A stretch of DNA of 38,293 bases from positions 1 to 38,293 of the forward strand of contig NW_021835848.1 in the NCBI RefSeq assembly GCF_006345805.1, given 5' to 3'. This document shows positions 1 through 11,191 of this stretch, one piece after another. The DNA comes from Octopus sinensis. Its lineage: Eukaryota. Every line of letters starts with the position of its first letter. The first letter of the stretch is position 1. Below the pieces are notes generated by a model that was given only the letters and a program-made list of their open reading frames with translations, was not told the origin of the DNA and did no database searches. Made by a program: the position numbers and the translations under genes.

Positions 1-308
1 GTTTTATTGAGCGAAAACACCTAAAGCTCACGAGGCTCCGGCAGGGATGGTCGTGATCCCTGCTGTACTCTTTTCACCCACAACTTTCTCTCACTCTTAC
101 TTCCTGTTTCTGTTGTACCTGTATTTCAAAGGGCCGTCCTTGTCACTCTCTGTGTCACGCTGAATATCCCCGAGAACTACGTTAAGGTTACACGTGTCTG
201 TGGAGTGCTCAGTCACTTACACGTTAATTTCACGAGCAGGCTGCTCCTTTGATCGGATCCACCGGAACCTCCGTCGTCGTAACCGACGGAGTGCTTCCTT
301 CCATCCAT
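1..308 (+). mobile_element. 3' part of a tRNA-derived SINE (family B, long-tail variant; octopus OK/OR1/OR2 class, exact family not assigned); head lies outside the window
   Basis: 1-100 aligns with 7481-7575 (ttattgagcgaaaacacct...ctccggcaggg...ctctttcacc...tctcactct), then diverges into a different 3' tail ending in a ccatccat repeat. Confidence 0.75.
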
Positions 309-404
309 GGTAGAACACACTTGTTCAAAATACCGCACAATAATATCAGATTCTTGAACTTGTTGCAAAGCGCACATTTTAGCTGCGCAGTTATGCCTGC
401 ATTT

Positions 405-568
405 GAAATGTTTTGGTGTGGAGGTTATATCTACCCCTGTACTTGCTTGATAATTTCTTTTATCCCTCCACTCCGAACAGAAGCAAGAAAGACAAAGTTT
501 AACTTGGAGAGATTTGAACTCGGAACATAGACGATTCATCCGACGCTTTAACGGTTCTCGCAATTCAC
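405..568 (-). mobile_element. highly decayed Meta-domain SINE fragment (family C)
   Basis: gaaagacaaagtttaacttggagagatttgaactcggaac matches gaaaggcaaagtcgacctcggcgaaatttgaactgagaac of the 20267-20503 copy. Confidence 0.5.
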
Positions 569-591
569 ATTCTTTACTGTACCTTAAATAA

Positions 592-806
592 TTCTTCCTA
601 CTAGTGGCACAAGGCCTGAAATATTCGAGAAGGGCTCTAGTCGGTTACATCTAATCCACTACTCAACTGGTACATATTTTATCGACCCCAAAAGGATGAA
701 AATTAAAATCGTCCTGGGTGGAATTTGAATTCGAGACAAAAAACCGGAAGAAATGCCGATATGCATTTTGATCGGTGCAACAACGATTCTGCCAGCTCGC
801 TGCCTT
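592..806 (-). mobile_element. old Meta-domain SINE (family C, alternative 3' tail ggcacaaggcc)
   Basis: ctggtacatattttatcgaccccaaaaggatgaaa core; 5' end ttctgccagctcgctgcctt matches ttctgccaactcgccgcctt at about 20485-20504. Confidence 0.75.
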
Positions 807-844
807 TCTGCACCTAAAATAACAATGTCAATCTTTGAGCAAAA

Positions 845-1249
845 GGCCAGGTTTAGTTCCATTGCTTGGCACTTAGGAGAGGTGTCTGCTACTATAATCT
901 TAGGCCGAGCAAAGCCTTGTGAATAGGTTTGATAGACGGAAACTGAAAGAATCCCATCCTGTGTGTCTGTGTGTTAGTGCGTGCGTGTGTGTACGCGTGC
1001 GGTCATGTGTGTGTGTGTGTGTACGCGTGCGGTCATGTGTGTGTGTGTGTCTGTCTTTGCTCCTCTCCACCACTTGACAATCGGTGTTGGGGTCTTTACG
1101 TCCTCGTAACTTAGCGATCCAGCTAAAAAGACCGGTAGTATAAGGAGCAGTTTTTACTTATTCTAGTTTTGAGGTAGAATCGTTCGATTACAATTCCTCA
1201 AAGCGGTGCCCCTGCATGTCAGCAATTTAATAACTGAAACAAATAAAAG
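845..1249 (+). mobile_element. old diverged SINE family A copy (CORE-like domain, internal TG microsatellite)
   Basis: colinear with 1252-1648 (gccttgtga...tagacggaaactgaaagaa...cttgacaa...gtaacttagcg...gcggtgc...actgaaacaaataaaag); internal 30-bp tandem duplication 991-1050. Confidence 0.8.
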
Positions 1250-1251
1250 CT

Positions 1252-1648
1252 AGGCGCAGGAGTGGCTGTGTGGTAAGTAGCTTGCTTACCAACCACATGG
1301 TTCCAGGTTCAGTCCCACTGCATGGCACCTTGGGCAAGTGTCTTCTACTATAGCCTCGGGCCGACCAATGCCTTGTGAGTGGATTTGGTAGACGGAAACT
1401 GAAAGAAGCCTGTCGTATATATGTATATATATATATGTGTGTATGTGTGTCTGTGTTTGTCCCCCTAGCATTGCTTGACAACCGATGCTGGTGTGTTTAT
1501 GTCTCCGTTACTTAGCGGTTCGGCAAAAGAGACCGATAGAATAAGTACTGGGCTTACAAAAAGAATAAGTCCCGGGGTCGAGTTGCTCGATTAAAGTCGG
1601 TGCTCCAGCATGGCTGCAGTCAAATGACTGAAACAAGTAAAAGAGTAA
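1252..1648 (+). mobile_element. full-length tRNA-derived SINE family A (about 400 bp; octopus OK/OR-class, CORE-like domain)
   Basis: A-box-like tggctgtgtgg 1263-1273, B-box-like ggttcagtccc 1306-1316, CORE-like ccttgggcaagtgtctt, internal (TA)/(TG) tract, 3' gtaaaaga repeats; multiple copies in window. Confidence 0.9.
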
Positions 1649-3096
1649 GCAAAAATATAAATACACAATTACATACGTCTTCCATGTGTTTATACAAAAC
1701 ACTAGAACTTGACAAATAACATTCATAGACATGTTATGGCATATATAAACTGCTTTTCTTGCATGTGTATTTGCGAGATAGCAGCATGTATTTCCGTGCT
1801 TCGTATACACTGAGTACAGGTATACAATTGCCCTTATAATCTACATAGCTACTACATAATATTTACATGCGCAACTCATACAACTGATACAACGTCAAAT
1901 ATACGAGCAGACATAAACAGTCAGGCAAGATTGTTTTTTTTAGAATTAAGCTATTGCTACGAGTAGAACAGCATGAAATAGGTTATCACAGACCAATATA
2001 AGATTACTTAACATCTAGTTAGGTTTTAGAGTAAATGATAGCATATGATGATAGTGTACATCGTTGATAACACTTTCGGTAATCTTCAGCTACCAAAATT
2101 AATATAAGGTCATTCAGATAAGGTCAGTTAATAGATTAGGTAGAAAAGAATTAACTCTCTTTTCTCGTAGAAAATCTAATGTTAAGAAAAACATTTATCC
2201 ATAGTAAAAGAATAAATAAAATCTAGAGAATCTAGCGGATGCTTTTGCGCCGGTAAAATGTAATACGAATAAATGAAGCTGTAGAATGTATTTAATGCCG
2301 TGAGGGAAAAGAAAAATCTTCTAACATTTTCAGAAAATGTCGTTAGAGTAAGATAGAATAGCAACTGGTTTTGAATGAAATTGGAATCAGTGTGAGTATG
2401 AGAGAGAGAGGGGGGGAGAGAGAGGGAAGTGTGAGAGAGAGTAGGGAAAAGAGGAAGGAAACTGTAGGGTTTGGTAACAAGTGTGTTTCTTTTTCTGGAG
2501 AAAAGAAACGCCAGTACATTTGTAAAACATTAATGAGCGGAAAAGTACACAGATATATAAATTATACAGCACAACTTACAACTTTGTGCATACGCAAAAA
2601 ACTCCTAGATACGCATATAAGATACATGTAAATATAACCAAACTTATATCCTTGTCTAGATAAAAATAAAACATACAAACTATGTGTATGTATGTATATG
2701 TACATACGTATATACACATATATTACATATATATTCATACATGCACGCGTATGAAGTTCTCATGCGTAAAAATATATTCATATTGACATATACAGAAAAA
2801 AAAACCCTGATATTTCCGATACTTTGGACTGAGTCACAGAATACCTAAGAGTTTCTAAAGAAGGCTATGGATCATCGAGTTTTTGGTCTTCATTTGTTAT
2901 TTCTGGTCGTGCGATGGGATTGGTAGCCGTGTGTTAGGGGGTACTGGCAACTCACAGCAGATTGCCAGCTGCTGCTGCCGCTGACTGGTAGAGGGACCAG
3001 TAGCTCCCAACAGCCATCAATTGGAAGATAACACCTGTACTACTGCAGGCCGGTGTTTTTTCTCCTTTGTTCTTATTAAAGACTCCAGAATTACAA

Positions 3097-3317
3097 ACTC
3101 TTTTACTCTTTTACATGTTTCAGTCATTTGACTGCGGCCATGCTGGAGCACCGCCTTTTAGTCGAGCAAATCGACCCCAGGTCTTATTCTTTGTAAGCCT
3201 AGTACTTATTCTATCGGTCTGTTTTGCCGAACCGCTAAGTAACAGGGACGTAAACATACCAGCATCGGTTGTCAAGCGATGCTGGGGGGACAAACACAGA
3301 CACACAAACACATATAT

Positions 3318-3348
<31 letters not shown>

Positions 3349-3538
3349 TATATATATATATATATACACACATATATATATACGACAGGCTTCTTTCAGT
3401 TTCCGTCTACCAAATCCACTCACAAGGCTTTGGTCGGTCCGGGGTTATAGTAGAAGACACTTTCCCAAGGCGCCACGCAGTGAGACTGAACCCGGAACCG
3501 TGTGGTTAGTAAGCAGGCTACTTACCACACAGCCACTC
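3097..3538 (-). mobile_element. SINE family A, near full length
   Basis: reverse complement of 1260-1648 with expanded internal CA/TA tract and (actctttt)n tail. Confidence 0.9.
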
Positions 3539-3699
3539 ATATGTTTCAGTAGATTTTAGAGTACTATGAGATACATTGCGAGAGTAAATTTTCCAGAAAC
3601 TCCATTAAATTTTATGGAAAATATAATCAACTAATGACTTACATCTAGTCTTACTGTTGGTGGTTTGGTAATAAATGGTCATATAAACGAAAGAGTCTA

Positions 3700-4010
3700 A
3701 CTACTGGTGTAGGTAGGATGCGATTTCTGAGATAGTGAGACAGTTTATGGCATAAAATTAGCTAGTAGAGAGCACCACTAGTGGCAGAAGGATGACTGTT
3801 AGGGTTTTCTGTAAAGCTATATGCGTAGATTTTGTTATAAATACTACAGCTGAGAGAACTGGGTGAACAGAGAGGTATCCCACAAAGAATGTTCTAGATC
3901 CTACTGGATTATGTACCACATTATCTCGATGAAAGTAGAGTAGGTAAAGTTCAGTTTTGCTGATTACAGCAACTTGTGGTGTCCATGGGGTCTCGATAAT
4001 CCACACCTTA
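3700..4010 (-). pseudogene. possible highly decayed Penelope-like reverse transcriptase fragment
   Basis: across frameshifts the minus strand gives TP(W)TPQVA, LLYFHRDN, YLSVHPVL, LYRKP, SHP, in the order expected for PLE RT motifs (MGTPMAP, LYFRYIDD, LNSxHP, LYRKPT, SxHP). Confidence 0.35.
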
Positions 4011-4158
4011 AATTAATGGATATATATCCTATATATTAATTCAACATATCACCAAATAGGATGGAAATATCCCTACAATCCTTTATGTTTCCGAGTAAGA
4101 TCCGCTGAATGGACAGGTTGCACGGTTTAGTTTTAGTGGAAGTAATGTTGTTTCGATT

Positions 4159-4160
<2 letters not shown>

Positions 4161-4209
<49 letters not shown>

Positions 4210-4211
4210 AT
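4161..4211. repeat. (TA)n microsatellite
   Basis: direct reading. Confidence 0.95.
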
Positions 4212-5067
4212 GAATTCTGAGACAAAATATTAATATATAAATACATATAATCTTCACGTAACTTGTCGAGTGTCTTTTTCTGTCATTTGTGCACCCTTCT
4301 CCCTCCCCACGTTCTTTCTTTTTCTTACTATGTGCACATACACGTATTTGTGCACAGGTATGTATTTGTGTATGCACACACATAATATATATGTACATAC
4401 TGTGTATGTACTGAAACAATCGTGATGAAAATCAACTGTATTCCTAGCTTGTCTCCTTTGGATGCTTTAAGTAGGATAGAGAAAACTATTTTAATGGATA
4501 GATTGTCCATCGGATGATTTACACTAAGTACTGTAAATGAACAGAATATAAACGGCTGCTTTCCTCATTTTCACCTTTCACTCTCTACACATAACAATGC
4601 ATAGATTTGCGTTTAGAAATTTGATACGTATAATATTATCAGGGATCATGAGAAAGTACATAATTCGCATTCATTTAGAACAAATATCGTTACACGGAAA
4701 GGAATTTGAATTCATGACTTCAGCTGGTAATCCAGAAATCTAGTTGTCAATATATGTGTGCGTATAGGCATTTCGATCTATACATGTATGTGTGTATCTG
4801 TGTGCGTACAATTTCAGCAGTCGGTTATTTACGGGGAAATTGTTTCAAGAGATCTGAAAATGTTTATACAGATGCTAATGTGAGTAAAAATGAACGTAAA
4901 GTTTAAAATATCTAAATGGTGTTAAATAGCTTAGATTTTTAGAACTGAAACGCTAGCAATTTGTTTATACCATTTCTTCTTCTTATAATCAAATGAGTGC
5001 AAAAACTTTGCATGTTCATAATTCCATGAGAATTCGGTCACTCTTTTAATACACTGATACGTTATAT

Positions 5068-5178
5068 TAAGGTAGCAACTTGGTAGTCATTCAAGCGTCG
5101 GATTAATCACTTCATGGCATTTGTACCGAGTCCTTCGTTTCTGAGTTCAAACTGTCCGTAAGTCAACTTTCCATTTTA
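5068..5178 (+). mobile_element. decayed 5' half of Meta-domain SINE (family C)
   Basis: ttctgagttcaaactgtccgtaagtcaactttccattt matches ttctgagttcaaattccgccgaggtcgactttgccttt. Confidence 0.45.
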
Positions 5179-5901
5179 AATTAACTCCAAAGCCACAAAA
5201 GAAAATCGAAATGTAAATTGGGAGATGGGTGGAACACAACAAACCTGGTGTTTTACGGTACTTTTTTATGCTTTTGAGTCCAAATCCGGCCCTGATATCT
5301 TAGGTATCTTCAGCGGAGTCCCCTGTCTTGTATGTTTTTGGACCCAGGTTTCTGAGTCAAGGTGCTTATGGTTAACAAGTGACTGCAGATGAAACTCTTT
5401 CAAAAACTAAGAGTACATACTAAGGGTCGAAACGCTTGTGATCTTCAGATGCACTGATGATGCAGAGGGTATAATTTGGGCGTTGTAATCAGTTCCACCC
5501 TCCTTACCTATACGACACATAGTGTAAAACAGCCGTCATATCGAGCTAGATGTAAGCGAGCAGAGTTCGGGTCGCCTTATTTAGTATTAAGAAACATATA
5601 CGATATGGCTGGTATATTTAAGCTTTATATAATATAAACGAGTTTTCATAAACAACATCATCGCAAAAGGTAATACTAGTTGGTTAGCGGACTCACGTAT
5701 ATTAACTAAAGCTTTAAAATACTAATTGCAACGCTGCACGAACTTTGCTCGACAGCATATCTCTCGAATAATTTTTGGTTCCTCGCCGTGTGGAATATAA
5801 ATATGCAGAGTAGAACTTATTAAGGAATATAGGATGAAGCCCCTTTCTCTCAGGAAGCGTGGCAGTATATTAAATAAAACCTTTACGGTTGAAATATGAA
5901 C

Positions 5902-6420
5902 ATCTTAGAAGAATGGGCTAAAGAAGATATTTCTAAAGCCAATATACTGATTATCCACTTATAATCCACTTTCTACAGGAAAAATTGAACTGAAAATCGG
6001 GCAACTAAGGGGCTTCATCCTATATTTGTTAGTAGTAAACTCATTACTGCTTGCTTACAGGGAACTGGTAACCATTACAAGATGTAGCGGCGAAAAGTCA
6101 ACAGGTTGTTCTGAGACTGACCAAGGAATGTTTATTTTTAGATATAAATGATGTACTTAAATGTAGTTGTGTTTTTAGCTTCTGCTTTTTCCATAAACGC
6201 ATGTGAGTATTTTATTTATATCCCCCGTAAGCTCTACTGAAGAAGAATGTATCCTTTATAGGGATTAATTCCGAAATTGATTCAATATAGAGATAACGAA
6301 ATTTAAATTTGCTAAAGGTTAGTTGCCCGATTTTCAGTTCAATTTTTCCTGTAGCAAGTGGATTATAAGTGGATATATATTGGCTTAGAAAATATCTTCT
6401 TTACCCTTTCTTATAAGATT
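5902..6420 (+). mobile_element. short Penelope-like element terminus: about 105-bp inverted arms (5902-6008 / 6319-6419) around a hammerhead ribozyme, ending in (TA)n
   Basis: arms are reverse complements (inner 57 bp with one mismatch); HHR fold at 6232-6292; 3' end abuts (TA)n 6422-6520; PLE identity inferred from architecture. Confidence 0.65.
6232..6292 (+). ncRNA. type I hammerhead ribozyme (PLE type, palindromic stem III)
   Basis: stem I ctcta/tagag; CUGAAGA 6237-6243; stem II gaat..atcct/aggga..attc; GAAA 6273-6276; stem III ttga-t-tcaa; AUA cleavage triplet 6285-6287; stem II closing pair is an A-C mismatch. Confidence 0.75.
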
Positions 6421-6421
6421 T

Positions 6422-6422
6422 T

Positions 6423-6505
<83 letters not shown>

Positions 6506-6520
6506 TATATATATATATAT
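6422..6520. repeat. (TA)n microsatellite
   Basis: direct reading. Confidence 0.95.
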
Positions 6521-6827
6521 TCATTAAGTAAGTGCGAAGGTGGCAGTATAAGTTGTTCTTGTTAGATTTTTCTTTTATCGATAGAAAACGTAGCAGAAAA
6601 TCCCATCTGCTCCAAGTGTCCCCTTTTTCGATTTGCTTTTCTCTGTCTATTTAACCCACCCCTTCAATTTTTCTCCACTTTACATTTACCTAATATATTG
6701 GTCTCATTCGTATTCCTATTGACTAGGTACCTAATAATCAAGGAAAACCAGTCGGAAAACCCTTCTCAATATCTCAATACTTTTTTACCGTTTTAACCAA
6801 GCATCGGGGCGACTGAAAATCGTGTAG

Positions 6828-6841
6828 ATATATATATATGT

Positions 6842-6892
<51 letters not shown>

Positions 6893-7232
6893 ATGTATGT
6901 ATGTATGTATGATGTATGTATGTATGTATGTATGTATATATATATATATATATATATATGAATGTATATATATAATATATATATGTATGTATGTTTATAT
7001 ATAGTATATATATATATTATATATATATATATGAATGTATATATATATATATATGTATGTATGTATATATATGTATGTTATATATATATATGTATGTATA
7101 TATATATGTATGTATATATATATATATGTATGCATGTATATATATATGTATGTATGTATATATATATGTATGTATGTATATATATATGTATGTATATATG
7201 TATGTATGTATGTATATATATATATATATATC

Positions 7233-7263
<31 letters not shown>

Positions 7264-7287
7264 ATATATATATATGTATGTATGTAT

Positions 7288-7321
<34 letters not shown>

Positions 7322-7323
7322 GT

Positions 7324-7395
<72 letters not shown>
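6828..7395. repeat. compound (TA)n/(TATG)n/(TG)n microsatellite
   Basis: direct reading. Confidence 0.95.
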
Positions 7396-7398
<3 letters not shown>

Positions 7399-7697
7399 AG
7401 GCTCAATGGCCCAGTGGTTAGGGCAGCGGACTCGCGGTCGCAGGATTGCGGTTTCGATTCCCAGACCGGGCGTTGTGTGTGTTTATTGAGCGAAAAACAC
7501 CTAGAAGCTCCACAAAGCTCCGGCAGGGAGTGGTGATCACTGCTGTTCTCTTTCACCACTCTTTTTCTCACTCTTTCGTCTGTTGGCCTGCTCGCTTAGC
7601 CAGCGGGGTGGCGTCGTTCGAAGGCTAAAACAATGCGAACGCATTGTGACCAGCGATGTGTAGCAACATCTGATGGTCTGGTCGGTCACGTGATAGT
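7396..7697 (+). mobile_element. full-length tRNA-derived SINE family B (short-tail variant, about 300 bp) inserted in microsatellite
   Basis: A box tggcccagtgg 7407-7417; B box ggtttcgattcc 7450-7461; body shared with 1-100; 3' end ggtctggtcggtcacgtgata(gtgata). Confidence 0.85.
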
Positions 7698-8204
7698 GAT
7701 ATATATATATATATGTGTATATATATATATATATGTGTGTATGCATATATATATGTATGTATATATATATATGTATATATATATATGTATGTATATATAT
7801 GTATATATATATATGTATGTATATATATATATGCATGTATATATATATATATGTATGTATATATATATGTATGTATATATATATACATGTATGTATATAT
7901 ATATATATATATGTATGTATATATATATATATATGTATGTATATATGTATGTATGTATATATATATATGTATGTATATATATATATATGTATGTATGTAT
8001 ATATATATATATGTATATATATGTATGTTTATATGTATGTATATATATGTATGGTATAATATATATGTATGTATATATATATATGTATGTATATATATAT
8101 ATATAGTATGTGTATATATAATATATATATATATATAATATATATATATATATACGTATTATATATATATATATATATATCTATATATATATATATATAT
8201 ATAT
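7698..8204. repeat. compound (TA)n/(TATG)n microsatellite
   Basis: direct reading. Confidence 0.95.
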
Positions 8205-9519
8205 GGATATAAATATGCTATGTGTATATATGGTTGTGTACATTACGTAAACAATTATCTTTACTATTAAATAGTTACAGTCTCTCTGGTTGCTAAGAAT
8301 GTATGGATATTATGGAAATAGTTTTGTTTGCTATTTTCCGTCGTAATTGTTTAAAGAGATTTCGAGAATATTATCATCCTAACTAGCGGAATATCTCCAA
8401 GATATTTTGCTAAATAGCTGTCTCGCGCCTCTCTCTCTTCTCTCTTGTTTTCTCTTCTGTCTCTCCTCCCATCTTTCTACACTTCTCAGTTTCTTTCTCA
8501 CTCTATTCAATTCTGTCTTCCTACTTATTTCCCTGTCTCATCACTCACTTTGCAGATTAAGTTCGTAAACGCTCTGCTCAGAAATAGACATATAAACACC
8601 TTCATCTAAATTAGATTCTTTCAGTTATGTTTTGTGCATAATTTGGCAGAGCATTTTCAATACTTTTACTCTTACTTTTCTGTTCTTGTTTTGTTTTTGA
8701 TAACAACAACGACAACAACAACAACGACAAAATTTCTTCCTGCCACCAACATAGCGAAATAGTTTTCCATCATTTCCATTAATAAGCATGATATGCTGAG
8801 GAAAATGATAAATTTAAAACAAGATAAATAACAAAAAGAGAACAATAACAACACTGATATGTAGAAACATCATTAAAGATAATTTCGGAGAAAGCATCCA
8901 TCTGTTCTTCCAGTGAAAATCTATGATTTTGAAGTTTAAATTGAGCAGAAAAATTGAATAAAATTTAGTTATGAAAGAACTGATTTGATGCTGGTGCCAA
9001 GTCGGTGGCTCAAATTGGACCTCTTTTATTTATTATTTTATTAACTAATGGTGTTACTATTTATTGTTGTAGCTATAGCTGTTGCTGCTGGTGATGTAGT
9101 TATTATTGGTGGGGCTGATTGCGATGTTGGTGATTGTGGTGGTCGTAGTTGTGATTTTGTTTTCGCTGCTGCTTGTTAATGTCAGCTTGTTTCTGTATTT
9201 AGATGTTAGTTAAAGTAGTTGAAATAGTTTATCTGAAGGAAAAATAAGTAAAATAATAGAAAAGAAAGAATGAGAGAGAGAGAGAAAGAGAGAGAAATTA
9301 TATCGGCTATTCATTTCTGCAGTCTATTTATACTGGATCTCTGCTCTTTGAAATACATTTGAAAAAGATTCCTTATCTGCCTTTCTGTTTATCAGTCTGT
9401 AACGATTTTCTTTCTCACTCTATTTGTTTATATTTTCTTTTCCTTCATTTTTTGCTACCCATCATTTCATATATGTACTTGTATACATAGGTAAATGCAT
9501 GCATGCCACTACACATTCT

Positions 9520-9670
9520 TTATTTTCTCTCCTTGTCTCTTTCTGTGTTCCTTTCTGTGGAAGAGCGTAGGTTCGAAATGTTAAAGACTTTTTCACTTCC
9601 CGAGCGTTATACTAATACATCTGTTTGTTGTCTACACCACATGTCTTCGTCTTTTGTTTTTTTTTATAAA
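9520..9670 (+). mobile_element. PLE-like terminal fragment with variant minimal hammerhead motif (9551-9586)
   Basis: cttt-CUGUGGA-a-gagc(gtag)gttc-GAAA-tg-UU-aaag: stem I cttt/aaag and stem II intact, core A6 replaced by U; a related decayed motif at 9832-9860. Confidence 0.45.
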
Positions 9671-10067
9671 TACATGCACAAAGACACACAAATGTATGTG
9701 TACAGTAGGAGAGAGGGAGGAAAATGAGTTAATAACAGGCAGTATTTTTACTTCTATTTCTTTTTTTTTCTTTTTGCTTCTTTCCTTCCAATACACATTT
9801 TCTTCTTTGTGTTTTGTGACTCTCTAATTTTCCGAAGAAGAGCCTAACCTCGAAATGTCAATGAGATTTGATCTAATCATTACACTTTTATTTCATTTGT
9901 TTTTTCTATTTTCATTTCGTCGAAAGTTTCGAAAACACGACAGTATAAAAATGCATGCATAATAATTTTAGAAGGAAACGGTTTACCGATTCTTCAATGT
10001 TTCAATTATGTATTCATAATCGGATTGCCCGATGAGGGATACTTAGCCAGAACGTCAAAGTGGCTGT

Positions 10068-10212
10068 CAATTATTCCTTTTAAAAAGATATTTAATATGT
10101 TACCCTACTTTAAAATAGCGAGTGTTTTCATTTATAATTGTATATAAAAATCAAACATCTGTATATGTATATGTATATATTTACACATATATATATTTCA
10201 CACACAACATAT

Positions 10213-10260
<48 letters not shown>

Positions 10261-10883
10261 ATATATATATCTTCTTCTTTATATATAATAAGTGAAGTTG
10301 TGTGTCTGTCTCCTACGATTTAGATTCCTAACTACTCCCACATTTTGCGGTCCAGTTTAACCAAAACCGGGTATCTTATAGTCGTGATTCATATCGAGCC
10401 CTTCTGGGTATTAGCGCGCGTCTACAATGAGTCTACGATTTTTTAAAAAATTACCATTATTTTTGCCATTTTAATGCATTTTTTCGCTATTACATAAGGG
10501 AAGTAACTCTCTAAAAATGTTTACGATGAGTCAACGATTTAAAAAAAAAATTTACCATAATTTTTTTTCCATTTTTAATTCATTTTTTTGCTATTTTGTG
10601 GCTATAACTCTCTAAAAATGCTTATATAGTTATTTCCCTTACAAACCCGAGCAACGAAGGGCGATACTGCTAGTATGCATATATATATATATAAACGGCT
10701 TAAGATTAAGTGAGGATATTAGGTCCCTTGTTCGAGGTATAAGGACGCAGTTGTGCGTCGGTGGCCAGCTGATGAAGATGCTTTCCGGTCAATTATTCAT
10801 TTTATAAAGATATTAAAAATGTTACCCTACTTAAAAATAGCGAGTGTTTTCATTTATAATTGTATATAAAAATCAAACATCTG

Positions 10884-10924
<41 letters not shown>

Positions 10925-11030
10925 ACACACGCACACATAAGTATATATATAAACGGTTTAGGGCTGAATGGGGATATTTAACTCCCTTGTTCGAGATATA
11001 AAGACGCAGTTGTGCATCGGTGGCCAGCTG
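10068..11030 (+). repeat. tandem duplication A-(TA)n-B x2, first copy interrupted by a Helitron; probably partial-tandem PLE termini
   Basis: A: 10068-10165 ~ 10789-10885; B: 10690-10771 ~ 10949-11030; ctgatga at 10769 and a decayed HHR-like ccgatgag...gaacgtc at 10029-10056. Confidence 0.7.
10270..10673 (+). mobile_element. non-autonomous Helitron (about 400 bp)
   Basis: 5' TC(tt)ctttatatata; 3' hairpin cccgagcaacgaaggg then CTAG|T at 10670-10674; no TSD; internal direct repeat; second copy at 16771-17165. Confidence 0.88.
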
Positions 11031-11191
11031 GAGATGTTTCCTGAGGTTAAAAAAGGTAGTTACATCGTCCTAACCAGGACTAACCATCTACGCAATTAGA
11101 TTGTACTCCAAATATAATACATATATATATATATATATACATAATATACATGTATATATGTATTATATATATACATATATATATACATTAC

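Noticed and set aside
213-563. 116-aa and 93-aa ORFs at the window start
   Set aside because: Span SINE tail and decayed SINE sequence; no recognisable domain or splice signals
1227-1810. Recurrent ORFs RQASFSFRLPNPLTR / FQSFDCGHAGAPP (also 3067-3559, 14651-15049, 27318-27593)
   Set aside because: Antisense translations of SINE family A, not a paralogous protein family
5405-5465. ctaagag...cgaaac and ctgatga words, also 6715-6755
   Set aside because: Stems I-III cannot be paired convincingly; too decayed to call hammerheads
7396-7470. tRNA-like sequence with A and B boxes
   Set aside because: Head of a SINE continuous with the repeat body; acceptor stem does not close
6962-8138. Long YI/VC/HT-rich ORFs (also 17763-18492, 22378-26734, 31350-32298, 33981-34382, 36060-36688)
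   Set aside because: Translations of TA/TG/TATG/GATA microsatellites, open in several frames and on both strands; not genes
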